Source: Bugula neritina (Eukaryota > Animalia > Bryozoa). Taken from it: a DNA stretch of 27,476 nt. Made by a program: the position numbers and the translations under genes. Of the stretch, positions 11,039 through 24,311 are shown in pieces; the stretch's first letter is position 1; every line of letters begins with the position of its first letter. Location of the stretch: positions 1 through 27,476 of the forward strand of contig CAXIUT010000088.1 in assembly GCA_964035545.1 (NCBI GenBank). The letters are read 5' to 3'. The notes beneath the pieces are model-generated. The model was not told where the DNA came from, made no database searches, and saw only the letters and a list, made by a program, of their open reading frames with translations.

Positions 11039-12934
11039 TCAATCACAATGATCGTCGTAATCAAATGTATGGCCTCTCAGACATTCAGTACATATCTTCA
11101 AAGGAGGACTATAAATCCGACAGTTCTTGTAGTAAGTCTTAAAGTCAACAGGTGATACTGGTGTTACTGGTGTTACTGGAGTTTGACCTCCTCCCTGACT
11201 CACACATTGACTATTTTCCAATACTTAACCACTTGGACAGCATAATCCTCCAACTGGGCTAGCTCCAGAACTGCAAGTCAAACACTTTCCATTATTTTAA
11301 TCTATTGAGCCACAATTAGAATTTCCAAGTGAACAAATTCCATTACTATTTACATAATATCCAAAAAGACATGTGACACAAGGAAAAGCAGGATTTTTAC
11401 CTGTACATAATCTACAATTTCCACTCAAAAGTTGATGCTTAGCAGCGCATTGAGTACAAATAAAGAATTAATTAATATCCAAGCAGTTGGGAGGAAGAAC
11501 TGCACATATCCCTCTTATCAGTTTAAACCCAACAATGCAAACCAGAGTAGTTGAATTAGAATTCTAGGCACAGTTAGTACCGTTCCAAGTCAAATTGCCT
11601 GTACATAAGCCGCAAGAACCAGTTTAGAAGTTCCAAGTAGTACAATTTTATGAATTAGTCGGTTGAACACAAGTTCCATCAATAAGAAAATATGTATTAT
11701 CGCACTAATCACAGTTTTGATTGATTATGCTGAAGTTAGAACAGCCTGATGGAATCGATGTGCAATTATTTAGTAAAGTTGAATGGTATTGGCCAGTAGG
11801 GCATCCTACAGGAATACAACTTCCATTGCTTAATTCATAAGCAGTCGAAACACAAGCTGAGCAAGTGCCGTTCAACAAAACAGTTGAACAACTCAAGTCA
11901 ACACAATAACTTATCAGCAAATGCTTACCACTTTAGCAAAAGGGAAGACTTGGATTTATGCACTTACCAGCTATTAGGGTATACGATGAATTGGCACAGG
12001 TCTTGCAATCTCCAGTGAAAGGATCGAAAAATCCACAGGTAGGACTCACATCATAACATTTACCAAAACGGAAATATTTCCTATCTCCACAGTTAGTTGG
12101 GAATAGACATACACCATTAACCAAATTATAACCTGAGAGACATGCTGTACAAGTGAGAGTTCCTGGAATATGACTGATACAAGGAAGACCAGTCGTTGAG
12201 AATCCTCCTCCTGAAGCGCAACCTGCAAAATCGCCATAATAATCAGGTTGGTTGGTACCGTATGGACAAACAAAACTACTTGTTTGATAGGTTATAGTAG
12301 CTGATACTGTTGCAGGAGTAAAAAAGATAAGTGCATAATATCCAGTAGCTAACTGTCCTAATGAGTAACTAGTAACTCCACCTGTTGTGGTTCCAGACAA
12401 AAGCTGTGAAGAACCTGAGGAATATTTTCCACTCAGAGTCAAAAGAGTTATTGTTCCACCACTTGGAGACAAAGTAACAGTGATAGATTGACTACTTTCA
12501 CCTGGAGAAATATAAAAGTATTTTAAACCATTTATTCTAAGAGCTCCACTTACACTTAGAATAGCTGAATTTCCTACTGATGCAGTCAAGTAATAGAGAG
12601 TTACACTAGTCACAGATGATACTGTTACTTGAATATGATATTGGGCTGTTGCTGTAACTGTCCAAGTAGCACTACTTGGACTTCCACTCAATGATAAAGT
12701 TGTAACAGTGGCTAGATTGCTAGAATCCATAATTTTTACCGACAAACCGGCAGTGCTTCCTCCATTGGGAAACTGTATTGCAACATTGAGGACATCATCT
12801 TTAGTTAGACTAATAGGATAGGATGGATTAAGATAGCGACTAGTGGCCGAAGCATCATAGGTATAGCTCAATGTGCTTAAAGAAAGAGCAAAGGGAAGTA
12901 GAAGAAGGACTCCAAGGATATTTACTCTTATCAT
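11039..12934 (-). CDS. Secreted or surface protein: signal peptide, Ser/Thr-rich beta-rich N-terminal region, then many CxxC furin-like Cys-rich repeats (about 631 aa)
   Basis: ORFs 11933-12934, 11705-11920 and 11039-11221 are in one frame and join through TAA/TAG. Hydrophobic N-terminus (MIRVNILGVLLLLPFALS), repeated CxxC..GY.L.NG.C units, TGA at 11039-11041. Confidence 0.88.
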
Positions 12935-13388
12935 TTGCTATAACTAATTATTATTAGCGCCTGTAGAATAAAGTTGCTATTAAATAATAATTTACTCTGT
13001 GAGAAACAGCCTTAAAAGGACATTAAATGATCTTTTAAGTCTTTTTGTATTGACGTATCAAATAAATTCTGCGTGATAATAACAGAATTAAAAGTTAACT
13101 TGATAAAAAAATATTTATAATTCATTACTTTCTTTTTGTGTTTTAACTTACAATGAAAGATTTCAACCATTTGTGGACATTTTTTAGTATTATTAGTTTT
13201 ATTTTGTCAATTTAAAGGTTAATATTCAATAATAGAATTTTTGTTAATCAATTGAAAAGGAGATTAACTCTCAAAAACCTTCTATTTATGATATTTCATT
13301 CATAAAATAGATAAATATAGAAGTTCTAATTTATATTTTTTTTATGACCAATAAGATTTATGAATTAATATTTGTTTTTATTTTATAA

Positions 13389-16300
13389 ATGTCAGAGATA
13401 AGAAGATTTTCCAGATTATCTAACTCCAATAAAAAAGGAACACCCTATCGACAACTCAACGAAGACAACCAAACCTAGCGCTCCAATCTTGACAAAAGTA
13501 GATATACAGAAGTCACCATCGAAACTCACGATCAGTAAGTACCTTTCATCGCTCTTTATAAACCAAATTTTAACATAGAAAGAAGAAGACTCGAAGCTGC
13601 TTCTAAACTAGGCAGCGTCTTTCAAAATAGTGAGAAGTTAAGAGTACTTTACTGTTTGAATAAAATGGTATCTCTTGGTCCTCAATAAAAAACAATGAAT
13701 CTTAAGTTGCTATATTTAGCAAGAATATCCAAAAAGATGTAAGAAAAAAGAAAGCAAATAATATTTAGAAGTATAATAATAAACAAAATCAAAGTTAACG
13801 GTTATTTTTTAGCAAGCAAACTAATATCCAAAGTTCATAATAGTGTTTTAGTCAGAAACATAAAACAAAGTATGACCTAACTGAGAAGAAACAGACTCTT
13901 GATGATGGTAAAAGAGCTAACAGATAATAATGAAAACGGAAAATAACTAAAAAATCTAAGAGCATAGTTATTTAAACTAAAATAATAATCATTTAGTTAA
14001 TAATTCATAAATTCATCAAAAACAATCAATAAGAACACATCAAACATTTTATAAATCATATAAAATAATAATTATCATGATGATATAAGAAAATAACTAA
14101 AAAGATTTTAGCAATTAAGAGTGCAATACACTCCTCGTAGAAAATAAGCCTTAGATAATGAAATAATAATATCAGTAACAGGTAACTTGATAACTTCATT
14201 TCAAAGAAAAGTTCAATAATACTAAAAATACACATAATAATTAAAAATATAGCTAAATGACTATAAAGATGTCTAAGGAATAAATCAATTAAAACAGATA
14301 ATAAAATAGAAATAAAACATAATAAAATAGACATAAATATTTGTAACATAGTTATCAAGAATGGACATCGATTTGAAAAAGTTTACCTCATAAAACAAAC
14401 TAATGATAGATAAAATAGTATCAACTATCACTTCTCAAGATAAAAAACTATAAATAAAAATTAAAAATCTATAATAAACATCAATAAAAATATCAAATTC
14501 AAGAACATACATTACCAATGTCATTTTAACTCTTATTAAAAAGATAGAAACAATACAAATATAAAATAAATAAAAATAATCAATAAGAATATAAAATTAG
14601 AAAATCAGATAATAATAAATTAGAAATTAAAGAAAATAATTAGAACAAATTAAAAGATAATTATAACAAGTTAAAAATTAACTTAAACAGTAAAAAAATA
14701 AAATAACTTTATTGGTTTAAAAAAAATAAATTAGAAGAGGACTATAAGATCTCAAAAGAAAATGGAAAGGAAATTAATAAATTAAAATGCTAATTTAATA
14801 TATTGTCAATCTTCAACTAAATGTTTAAGAATTAAGTAGAAAACAATAATAATCTACCTTTTAAAATCAAAATTAATAAGCTATCTAGATTATTAAAAAT
14901 TATATCAATAAAGGTATCAATAACCTTAAAGAATCATTGAATCCACCCAAATTTACATAATACAATAAAATAAAAAACAATTTGAAATAGCTAGTACCTC
15001 CAATTGATTAGACCTTTAAGATAGCCTTTCTGAAAATAAAATAATTAAATGAATCAAAAAGATTTTCTTCACAAACAAAAAAAATATAAAATAGATAACA
15101 TCAAAAGACTCAAAAATAATAAATAGATCAAAATTAAAACTAACTTACCTAAAGACTTTTCTCTCAACTAAAAATAAACGAATAATAATTTGAAAAAATA
15201 AGCATATAAGGTAAAAAATCAATCCTATCAAAAATAGATACTCAATCAGGTTTTATAATCAAATAACTAAGATAAACTATACTACAACTTCAAAAACAAC
15301 TTGAACTGAAAAACCCACCTAAAAGTAATGAAGGAAATACATCTATTACCAACGCTTTAACTAGAATATAAAAAATAGTCAAACAACATTCTCAAGAAGA
15401 AACTACAACCAATGAAATGTAAAGAAGAAATGTTTAACTTAATAATAAGTTATAAGAACAAAGAAAACATTATTAAAATCTTATCAATAAACTACAAAAA
15501 CAAATAACATAAAATAACACGCTAATTAAGCAACAACTATCAAAAAAAGCATAAAATCAACCTAAAATAGTTCCTATTCAAAATGATAAAAATTAAGAGT
15601 ATTTATAGAGACAAATATAACTTCAAGATTAAATAATTCGTCTGAAATCTCAAATATAATCAAATTCAGCATCTCATAAATAAGAATTGATAAAATAAAG
15701 AACATAAAATAAAAGTCTATGGACTAAAATAGTATAAATATAAAGTTCAATTTCACAAAAATCATATTAACTCAAAGAAACCTCACTTCAGTAAACTACA
15801 GGAAGTTTAGGTCTCACTCAAGCATAATTTTATATCTAAAATGATAAAATTCTAAATGATCTACGTCAAGGATTCCTTATTTTATAAAAAAGAATTCAAT
15901 AAATAAAAGATCTCATCACAAAAGACTCATAAAATTCAATCTCATTAATCTTCAATAAACTATAATAACTATCAGAACACATCAAAAGATCATAATCAAA
16001 TATATTACAACTATAAAATAAGATAAAGTTGATGTTTAGTAGTCAATAACAAAAAAATAATGAATATCAGCATCAAATATCAACAACTTTATCACAAAAA
16101 CAGACCTAAACTATCTAGAAATAACATACAAGATAAATATAAAAAAGAAAATAACTAGTCACTATCAATGAACAACTAAAATAATAATTAAATAAAATCA
16201 GAACAGAGTTGTCATTACTAAACACCAAAGATTCTTCAAATTAAATAGCATAATTCAAATAAATAACACTAAAAAATGAATAATTATCATCGAAAAACTT

Positions 16301-18068
16301 CCTATTACAAGAAGAACTCATCAAAATCAAATCACAATTCTAAATGCTATCACATAGATCAACTTCAAACAACTAAAACTAGCACTTCAAACTGTTAATA
16401 TCAAAAAATTAATAACTATCAACAAAAAATTATCAACTACAATAAGAACTACTAAAAATAAAAGCAAACTTAAATATCAATAATACAACAAACATGTAGA
16501 ATAATCAATTTAAAATAATATCATAAAAAAATGAACAACTAACCTCAATCAATTTACAACTACAAGAATAACTACTAAAATTAAAATTATCATCACAATC
16601 GTAAATTAATATATCTACTACATCAAAATACGATAATTAACAATTTAAAATGCTGGTTTAAAAAAATTAATTACTATAAACTTAAATAATCAAAATCAGA
16701 AATTAATAAATTAATTCATCTAAACATGATAATCAATAATTTTTTAAATATAGAGAAGAAAATCAGATAATTAGAAATAAAATTAGCTAACTTTAAAGAT
16801 AACAACTTAGAAAAAATAATTAAGTATAAAGAGTTTAAAGTAGGTTAAGACAAACTTAAAGTTTTTTATCAACATAAAAATAAAAATCTAACAGTCTAAC
16901 ATCATAAATATCAAACCTAAAAAGATAGCTACAAAGACTACACAGCTAAACAGACAGGCTAGTCATAGAAACAAGATAATAAGTAAAAAAAATACAAATG
17001 GTCCTCAGATCTCTATAAGAATAACTAGACAACAAATCAAAATAATGCGATTCCCTACAACTAAATCTAAACTAACTATAAAAAATAAACCTACATCTTT
17101 CCCAATAAAATATAAAATACCAATCATAAACTAAAAATATCACACATCATTGCATGTAACTATAAGATAGAAACAACTAACTCAATGGATAACTTACACA
17201 TTTGAAAGCTGATTTCTATTCAATGCAAATATAACTACAATCCAATCGTAGCACTAAAATTCATACTAATGATAACATCAATCTCCTTCAAACTTAAATC
17301 AGATAAAAATCAGATACGATCAGTAATATGCTAGAACAATCAAGAACTAATTCCAATAGCCTCAATCAGCAAATATACTAACTCAAAGAACAATTGCTAG
17401 TACAGTAAAGAAAATATGAAGAACAACTTTCAGTTAAAAATCTATTAATCAATCGACTATAAAACCAACTAGTATAACTATAAAATAACTTGAAATCAAG
17501 TGAACAAAAATATATATCACGAGAATAACCAACTTTAAGACAAACAGTCGAATCCTCAGAAACAAAAGATCGATAAATATAACTACTCAACCAACAAATA
17601 GCCAGTCTACAATCATTTCTAGGAGACCTAAGTCATTAATACAAATAATTATAAAGAAAATACCATGAATAAAAACATCGGTTCGGTAAATTCTATGATA
17701 TCAGCCAAAGTCAACAAACAATGGAATAAATCGATAGAGCTATTCACTCACTACCAGATAATACAGAATTAACTGAGTAAGTTAAATCTCTAGTAGTTAA
17801 TAACTAGAAATTACAATACAGTATTGAAGAATTAGAGGTTTAAAGAAGAAAGCTATTATAAAAGGCACGATCTCAACCCGAAAGATAGTATGTAGTAGAA
17901 CTACTATTCAATATACTACTTGGAGCAAGAAAAATATCAGCACAGTCTCAAAAAGGAAACGCTCTATGGAACTAATTAGTACACATTAATGAACAGTCTC
18001 TTGAAGTGGGAGAACTGTTTACACAATTGTAACAATTCAGTTTAAAATTGTTAGGCAGTTCTGGATGA
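13389..18068 (+). CDS. Large coiled-coil protein (about 1559 aa), function unknown
   Basis: ATG 13389 and TGA 18066-18068 are in the same frame. The K/E/Q/N/I/L-rich heptad-like sequence is very rich in TAA codons. No intron was needed in the parts read codon by codon. Confidence 0.75.
16250..16700 (+). repeat. Four degenerate internal peptide repeats (about 43-aa spacing) within the coiled-coil gene
   Basis: FK[E]ITLKNE[E]LSSKNFLLQEELIKIK / FKLLISKN[E][E]LSTKNYQLQ[E]ELLKIK / FKIIS[E]KNEQLTSINLQLQE[E]LLKLK / FKMLV[E]KN[E]LL[E]T[E]IIKIR. Confidence 0.7.
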
Positions 18069-18155
18069 TCTTAACATATGTATGAAATATAATTTTGTAT
18101 ACCCTAGTAAACTTTCATTTAAAGAAAACTTTCAAATAGTTGTTAGCATATTTAA

Positions 18156-18568
18156 ATGAACTCTAAACACTTCAACCCGAAACTCTCTTACTCACTCAAA
18201 CTCAAAAGACTCCAAAGAAACATTTAAGACCTAGAATAAGCCACCAACATCTTGGAATCTCTACCCAATAAAACTATTCAAAAAATATGGAAATAAAAAC
18301 TAGAAAAAGATCAAAACTTCAAAAACTAGAAAAACAAAAGCATTAACAAAGGACCCTTCAAACAATGCTTAAGAAAAACTCTCTTATCTTTTAAGGTAAA
18401 TAATTTATAACTTAGAATTCCCAAGAAGAAATGAAGAAAGAAATTGAAGGAAAACTAAAAGCGATTGACCCTCAAGTGATAGCTCTTGAATAAAAAATGC
18501 TCAAAGAACTAAAAGAAATGGTTAAAGTATTAAAAGAAAGACATAACAATACCCCATTTTAAGAATGA
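18156..18568 (+). CDS. Small hypothetical helical protein; 20-nt intron at 18396-18415 (alternative in-frame ATG at 18078)
   Basis: Open frame under UAR=Glu, canonical GTA...TAG intron, TGA at 18566-18568. Confidence 0.6.
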
Positions 18569-18605
18569 TTGATAAAATTCTTATTATATTTATGTAAAAT
18601 AAAGA

Positions 18606-20066
18606 TCAACAATAGGTCGCTAAAACTGCCCAAGGCTCAGCCAATGATACAGGTAAATCAGTACTTTCAGGTTCCTCAGCATTACATCCAGCCCATTTCT
18701 ATATTTCACCCTGCATTTTATCTATTTGAATCATCTCATATTTAACCATGCTCAATATTGGAAGCATCTCTAGATCCTACAAATTAATCCTCGTATATAT
18801 CCTTTCCAATACTTTATGAATTCCTTTCAAGACTGATCCTATTTGGATTACATGTTTTCGATCTTTGGACTAAAGCATCTCCATACATACTCTAAGAGTT
18901 TCTACACATTTTTAATGTTGGGATATAAGTTGGTTTAATGATATTTTTCCTTATTTTCCCTTTTCTCGAGGAGTAGTCGATCGGCTTCTCTCGCCTTTTG
19001 ACTGCGTGTTATCAATATTTACAAACTGATGATCATTCTTTGTTTCTGATGGAGTCTGTTTATGATAATTTTCCTTAAACATCTCAAATTTAGACTTAAA
19101 CTAAGAACCCTTCACAGGAGTCATCGTCTTCTTTGATAACTCATCGATAGCCAAATGAGTTGTATGAAGTTCTTTTATCCTTGAAAAACTTTTAAGAGGA
19201 GAAAAAGATTGCTGTGAACATGATAAGTTTTCCATATTAACATCTTTTAAATGCATTATTTCCTCAAAGAATTCTTCCCAGTTCATTCTAGCCTTACAAT
19301 CTTTCTGCAAACACTTCATAATAAACCTTTTCAAGTTAGGAGCAATATTCACAGCATCAAAACATAAAGGTTTTTCTTCAATAGTCGATATTAAAGTTGC
19401 TATCGAATTAGATTCATAAGGACAGAACCCATATATCATTTCGAACAGAATAACACCTACTGACCAAATATCAGCATTGACTGAATATGCCTATCCTTTG
19501 AGAATTTAAGGTGCCATGTAGAGAGGTGAACCCAACATAGTTCTAGTCATTGTTTAAACAGCTAGTTCTTTGCAAAATCCAAAATCAGCCAATTTGAAGT
19601 TACTGTTCTTGATGAGAACGTTTTCAGGTTTTAGGTCTCGATGCATAATATTATTTTTTCTAAGAACTCTCAAGCCAGCAACTAATTGACTAAATATCTA
19701 AAGAGCTTTTTTTTATTCTAAAGGCCCTTGTTTTTTGAGAAGGTCATGGAGAGTTCCTCCTTCACAGAACTAATAAACAAAATAGCAATTATTTTTGGTT
19801 TGAAGCAACTCGTAAAACCTCACGATGTTAGGACATGGCTTTAATATTTGATGAATAGATAGCTCATTATTGATACACTCTTTCACTTTATCGTTGTCAG
19901 CCAAGGTCTTATTGCTGATTACTTTTACAGCAAAAACATTCCCATTATCAAGATGCCTAGCCTTAAAAACTTCACTATAAGCTCCTTTTCCTAACACATC
20001 ACCTAGCTAGTAGCGACTGACGATCCTACGCATATGGACCTCCCCCATTCGAGAACCATTTTCCAT
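18606..20066 (-). CDS. Ser/Thr protein kinase, ULK/Atg1-like (486 aa)
   Basis: LGKGAYSEV, FAVKVI, YFVY[E]FCEGG, IMHRDLKPENVL, KLADFGF, LGSPLYMAP[E]IL, DIWSVGVILFEMIYG. Intronless; TGA at 18606-18608. Confidence 0.93.
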
Positions 20067-20141
20067 TAGAAGACCCCTTTAATCTATTAAAAAATTATTT
20101 TATAAATTCATACGATCTATCAAACTCCAATACAATATAAA

Positions 20142-21354
20142 TCAATTCTAACATTTAAAGAATGTTAAGTCGAAGTTAGGATTATAATTTTACTTTTTCT
20201 CTTTTTCCTATTAGGAGTCCTCCTGAAAATGTTCGTATTAGTCATTGTTTGACTAATAAACCCTTTCATTTTGAGGATAAAAAAATTAGTCGTCATCTTA
20301 GTAAAAATAGTTGTGATGTCTGCTTCCCTTCAAAGATGGCTGCTCGATCTTTTAAGTCAGAACTAGAAGTTGTGATTGAAGTTTCTATAAAGAACTTGAT
20401 TAGTATTTCCATTCCTTTTATGCAAAAGTATTTATTTTAGATTTAAAAGATTCTATATTCTACTTAATCAAATTCAAAGAAATATTGTCTTTTGGCTCAG
20501 TAGACTACCTTTTGAACATTGGCTAAAAAGAGTTTATTTTGTGCTAGTAAGAATCTATTTTATTAAATAAATTAGCTAAAGTATTCTAGACTAAATACTT
20601 CATTTTAGATAGTTTAGTACCATTATACTTTATTAATTTCTATTCTACTTGACTTATTTTTTGTATATTTTAATTTTATCTCGATCCCATAGTTTCAATA
20701 ACCACCTTCACACTAGCCTAGATATCAGAGATTCTATCTTTCAAGTAGTTATACTATCCTACTTTAATTGCTTACTTTTGCAATAACCTTTCCTATTTGT
20801 TACTTCTATTTTGTTTCTGTTAAAGAATAAGCTGACATATAACTTGCTCTTTCTCTGCTATCTTCTTCTGCTGCTCGAATAGTATTTGCCTCAATTCGCT
20901 GATAATTCTTAATCTTATAGTTTTTACTTAGCATTCGCCTCTAAAAGTTCCTTCATTTTAGCTTAAAATTCTATTTTAACTGAAGCTATCTTTGCTTTAA
21001 TAACTTAATTCATTCTTCCATCATTTCCCAAAGACAGAGTCATTTGTTCACATCCTTAGCTTTATTTCTTTTTATGATTAGTAAACGGTTTAGAGCAAAC
21101 TCTTCCCAATTGAACAGATCCATTCTCAGTACTGGCAGTTCCTTAATAAAAGACTAAATTACCAACAGTTTGCTAATAATCTTAAGGAAGTGAATGAGCA
21201 GAATTAAGATGATTATATTTATGCGAATATCTATGTTAGAACAACTATACAGACTGATTTTATGGTTACTTGTTCTTTTGCCCTGAGATTATAATAGCCT
21301 TGGCTTAGGAATATCAGCCTCTCCACTTTTTAATGTTATACCTTATCTTCTCAT
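20142..21354 (-). CDS. Hypothetical coiled-coil protein (about 390 aa); 20-nt introns at 21231-21250 and 20908-20927
   Basis: Removing two 20-nt GT-AG introns gives a 1173-nt ATG-to-TGA frame. Confidence 0.65.
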
Positions 21355-21472
21355 ATTAAAATTTACTAACTACCAGAATTATCAAACTTAATACAATTCT
21401 ATTTACCATCTCTAGTCTCTATCTTAAATATATAATTTACTTAAATCTATCATTCTTTTACTTTGAATAATA

Positions 21473-22306
21473 ATGCGACCAGTTCTACCAAGATTCGTCA
21501 CTAGCTAACCTCCCCGCCCTCAATCCTTCCAAGATCAATTCCAACTACTAGCCAGACAAAATGGTTAGCTACTCCGTCTTGCCGATTCCATTTCCAGAAG
21601 CAATTTCATGCAAAATACACAAATTCCTCCAATAGTAATCCAACTATAGCACTAACTCAGAAATAATCTTTCTATTTTTGTTGATAGTATTAGATAGTTT
21701 TTTGTCGATATGGATAAAAGAATAGTAGCTATGGCTAAAATAATGGAACAACAACTCAATAAAGAATAAGAATAAAATAAAAGAAAAAGATTAATGACTA
21801 CTCATAAAGAACAAGTCTCCGGACTTTTTCATAATCTATCAAATCCAAGTATTATGATGAGAAATCAAAGAAGACAAGATCCAAACCAACAATTTTAATA
21901 AAGAATAGCAGCTCTATAAAATAACCTCAGAAAAACACAATAAAATTAATCAAAATTATTATCAATTGTATAGTAACTATCAAAAAAGCAATATCCTCAA
22001 CCATCTCTATCAAACCAACTCTAAGACACCAACAGCTACAACGATAACAAATCAATCGCAAGATAACCTTCAAGAATATCTGCCCAAGATAACAATTCTC
22101 ACTAGCATAGTTTTCGTTTATTTTCATTACAAAGCAAAAGTTTAAGAGAACAGCCAATAAGAAGTACAACTTATGCGCCTATGTCAAGAATCTAATAATA
22201 AAATATGACAAGATAAAATCTAACAAAAACTAATTCTACTGTCTATATACCAGATAGATATCATAACCATCGAGTTTCCTTTTTGATCAAAAATTTAAAA
22301 CAATGA
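21473..22306 (+). CDS. Hypothetical protein (277 aa), partly coiled-coil
   Basis: Uninterrupted ATG-to-TGA frame under UAR=Glu. Confidence 0.65.
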
Positions 22307-22339
22307 TCTACTTGCTTTTTATCAGAATAATAAATAAAA

Positions 22340-23130
22340 TCATAAATAGTAACGGTTTTTAGGTGTATTTAAACTCCCTTTGCTCCTTTTACGGTAAAAG
22401 GTACTTGTAATAGAATGTCCTTGTACCTGAGATGAAGTTTCTCTTGTTTTATGTCTTACATTTCTTAGGACTTTGGCATCTAGAAGTGTCCTTATCTTTG
22501 CTTTTTAGCTATATTGACTTTTTATGCATTTTATTTTGATATAAATTTATTGTATTCATAAACACAGACAACTCTATTTAGTTCCACTTGCTCTAAATAA
22601 CAAAAATATATACTTTTTAAAAGACAAACTTATTTTAGCTGCACAGTGTTCATGAGGTGATCCTTTGAGGGTACGAGTAAGATATCCATGAAATTTTTGA
22701 CTAGTAACTCTTGTTATTCCACGTTACTGACATAATTGCTAGAACCATAGATGAGTAACTAGATATTTTTTCTTCATAATTGAAAACCAATAAGAAAAGC
22801 AACGATGTCCAGAATGTTAAATTTAATACTCAGTTGGTCTCAACCTAATTAATCTAACTAATCTAAAATTTACGAATACTTATGATTATGTTTAACTTCA
22901 TACGCTACCAAAGTTATCAATGAAACGAACTATGATTTAGTGATAGAACCTGATCTCTGAAAAAGATCAATACATCTCCTTTACTACTATTGACTGATAA
23001 ATAAAAAACGACCTTCATCTAGAATCAACTTGAATTAAAGAATATTAATTGACTCTCCATTGATCTGACTCAATAGCGTAGCTAGTTATCTCGTAAATGT
23101 GATTCTTTGCCATTTATAAAGTTTAGTCAT
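22340..23130 (-). CDS. Hypothetical protein with degenerate EF-hand-like motifs; introns at 22994-23012, 22854-22873 and about 22593-22613; 3' part frame-ambiguous
   Basis: DLFQRSGSITKS[E]FVSLI and GESINIL[E]FKLIL resemble EF-hand loops. The reading frame below about 22600 cannot be resolved without assuming indels. Confidence 0.45.
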
Positions 23131-23165
23131 TTTATTTATAAAATACCTTATATTCTATAGAAAAC

Positions 23166-24273
23166 ATGAACAAATCCATCAATCACAAACATCTCACATA
23201 AACAACCGATACATTCCTCCCAAATCCAACCTTCAGCTATCACTAAATCAAAGGAGAATGCCAATATCAAATATTTCTCAGCAATCAAAGCAAAGCAATA
23301 GATACCCTATTTCATGATGGATAGCCAAGTAAATAAAAATTGATAGAACTAATAAATAATAGCTAGAAATAAACTAATGCAATGATTGGCAATCTTTTAT
23401 CTGAAACAGCATAGATAAGAAAGAAATTAAGAAAACAACATGAAAAATATTAATTAGTTGTTAGAGAACAAAAAGTTAAAATCAGAAAGATGTCATAATA
23501 AAATATATATCTTAGATCTAATCTTCATAATAGCTAAAATTTATACAATAAGACTGTTACGTCACTTAAACAAGGACTTAAAAACTAAAATCAAGAAATC
23601 TAATAATTTAATAAGTAAAATAGTGGACTTAGATTATTGTTGACTTAGTATCAAGAAGAATTATAAAAAAAAGATATATCTATCAATAATTTATAAAAAT
23701 AATGTGCACATTTTAAAAGTTAAATCAAGTAAAAAAAAATAATAAAATTTAAAACAAAAATAATAAATCTAAAATTTGAAATAAATTAATAACTAATTAA
23801 AAATGTAAATCAAAAATTCATAATTTTTATTAATCAAAGGATAAGATAAGAAAATAAATCTACTAATGGAACAAGATACCATCTGGAAAGAATAAATCAA
23901 ATCAAAAGATCAATAAATCAAAGATCTAAAAACTATCTAACATTCACAAACAACTAAAATTGACGATCTATTCAATATAATAGATTAACTCAAACTAGAA
24001 ATAGAAAGGAACAAAAGATCAAAACACTAAAATGGTTAAAAATAAAATAAGAAGTATAAATAACTTCATAAACACTCAGAATAAGCTATAAAAAGTATAA
24101 AAAGTAAATATGAGTAGAAGATGAAGAAAATATGTGGAGGTTTAAGAAAATAACTCAAAAAGACTCAAAAAGATATCTAAAATATCAAAAGTCATATCAA
24201 TAAAACCATCCTTTCCTATCAAAAATAACTTAAAGGACAAATTATCAGTCAACTTCTGATCCCTTTCCAATGA
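23166..24273 (+). CDS. Hypothetical coiled-coil protein with an apparent +1 frameshift at the A9 run 23731-23739
   Basis: Heptad-like K/E-rich frames lie either side of the A run; TGA at 24271-24273. Confidence 0.6.
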
Positions 24274-24311
24274 TATTGCATACTATCTATATCAATTATT
24301 TCAAATGTAGA

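Noticed and set aside
22541-22570. Possible UGA read-through (Trp/Cys/Sec) in the EF-hand-like gene
   Set aside because: It is a single ambiguous case in a non-conserved, indel-prone region. Conserved Trp and Cys residues elsewhere use TGG and TGY.
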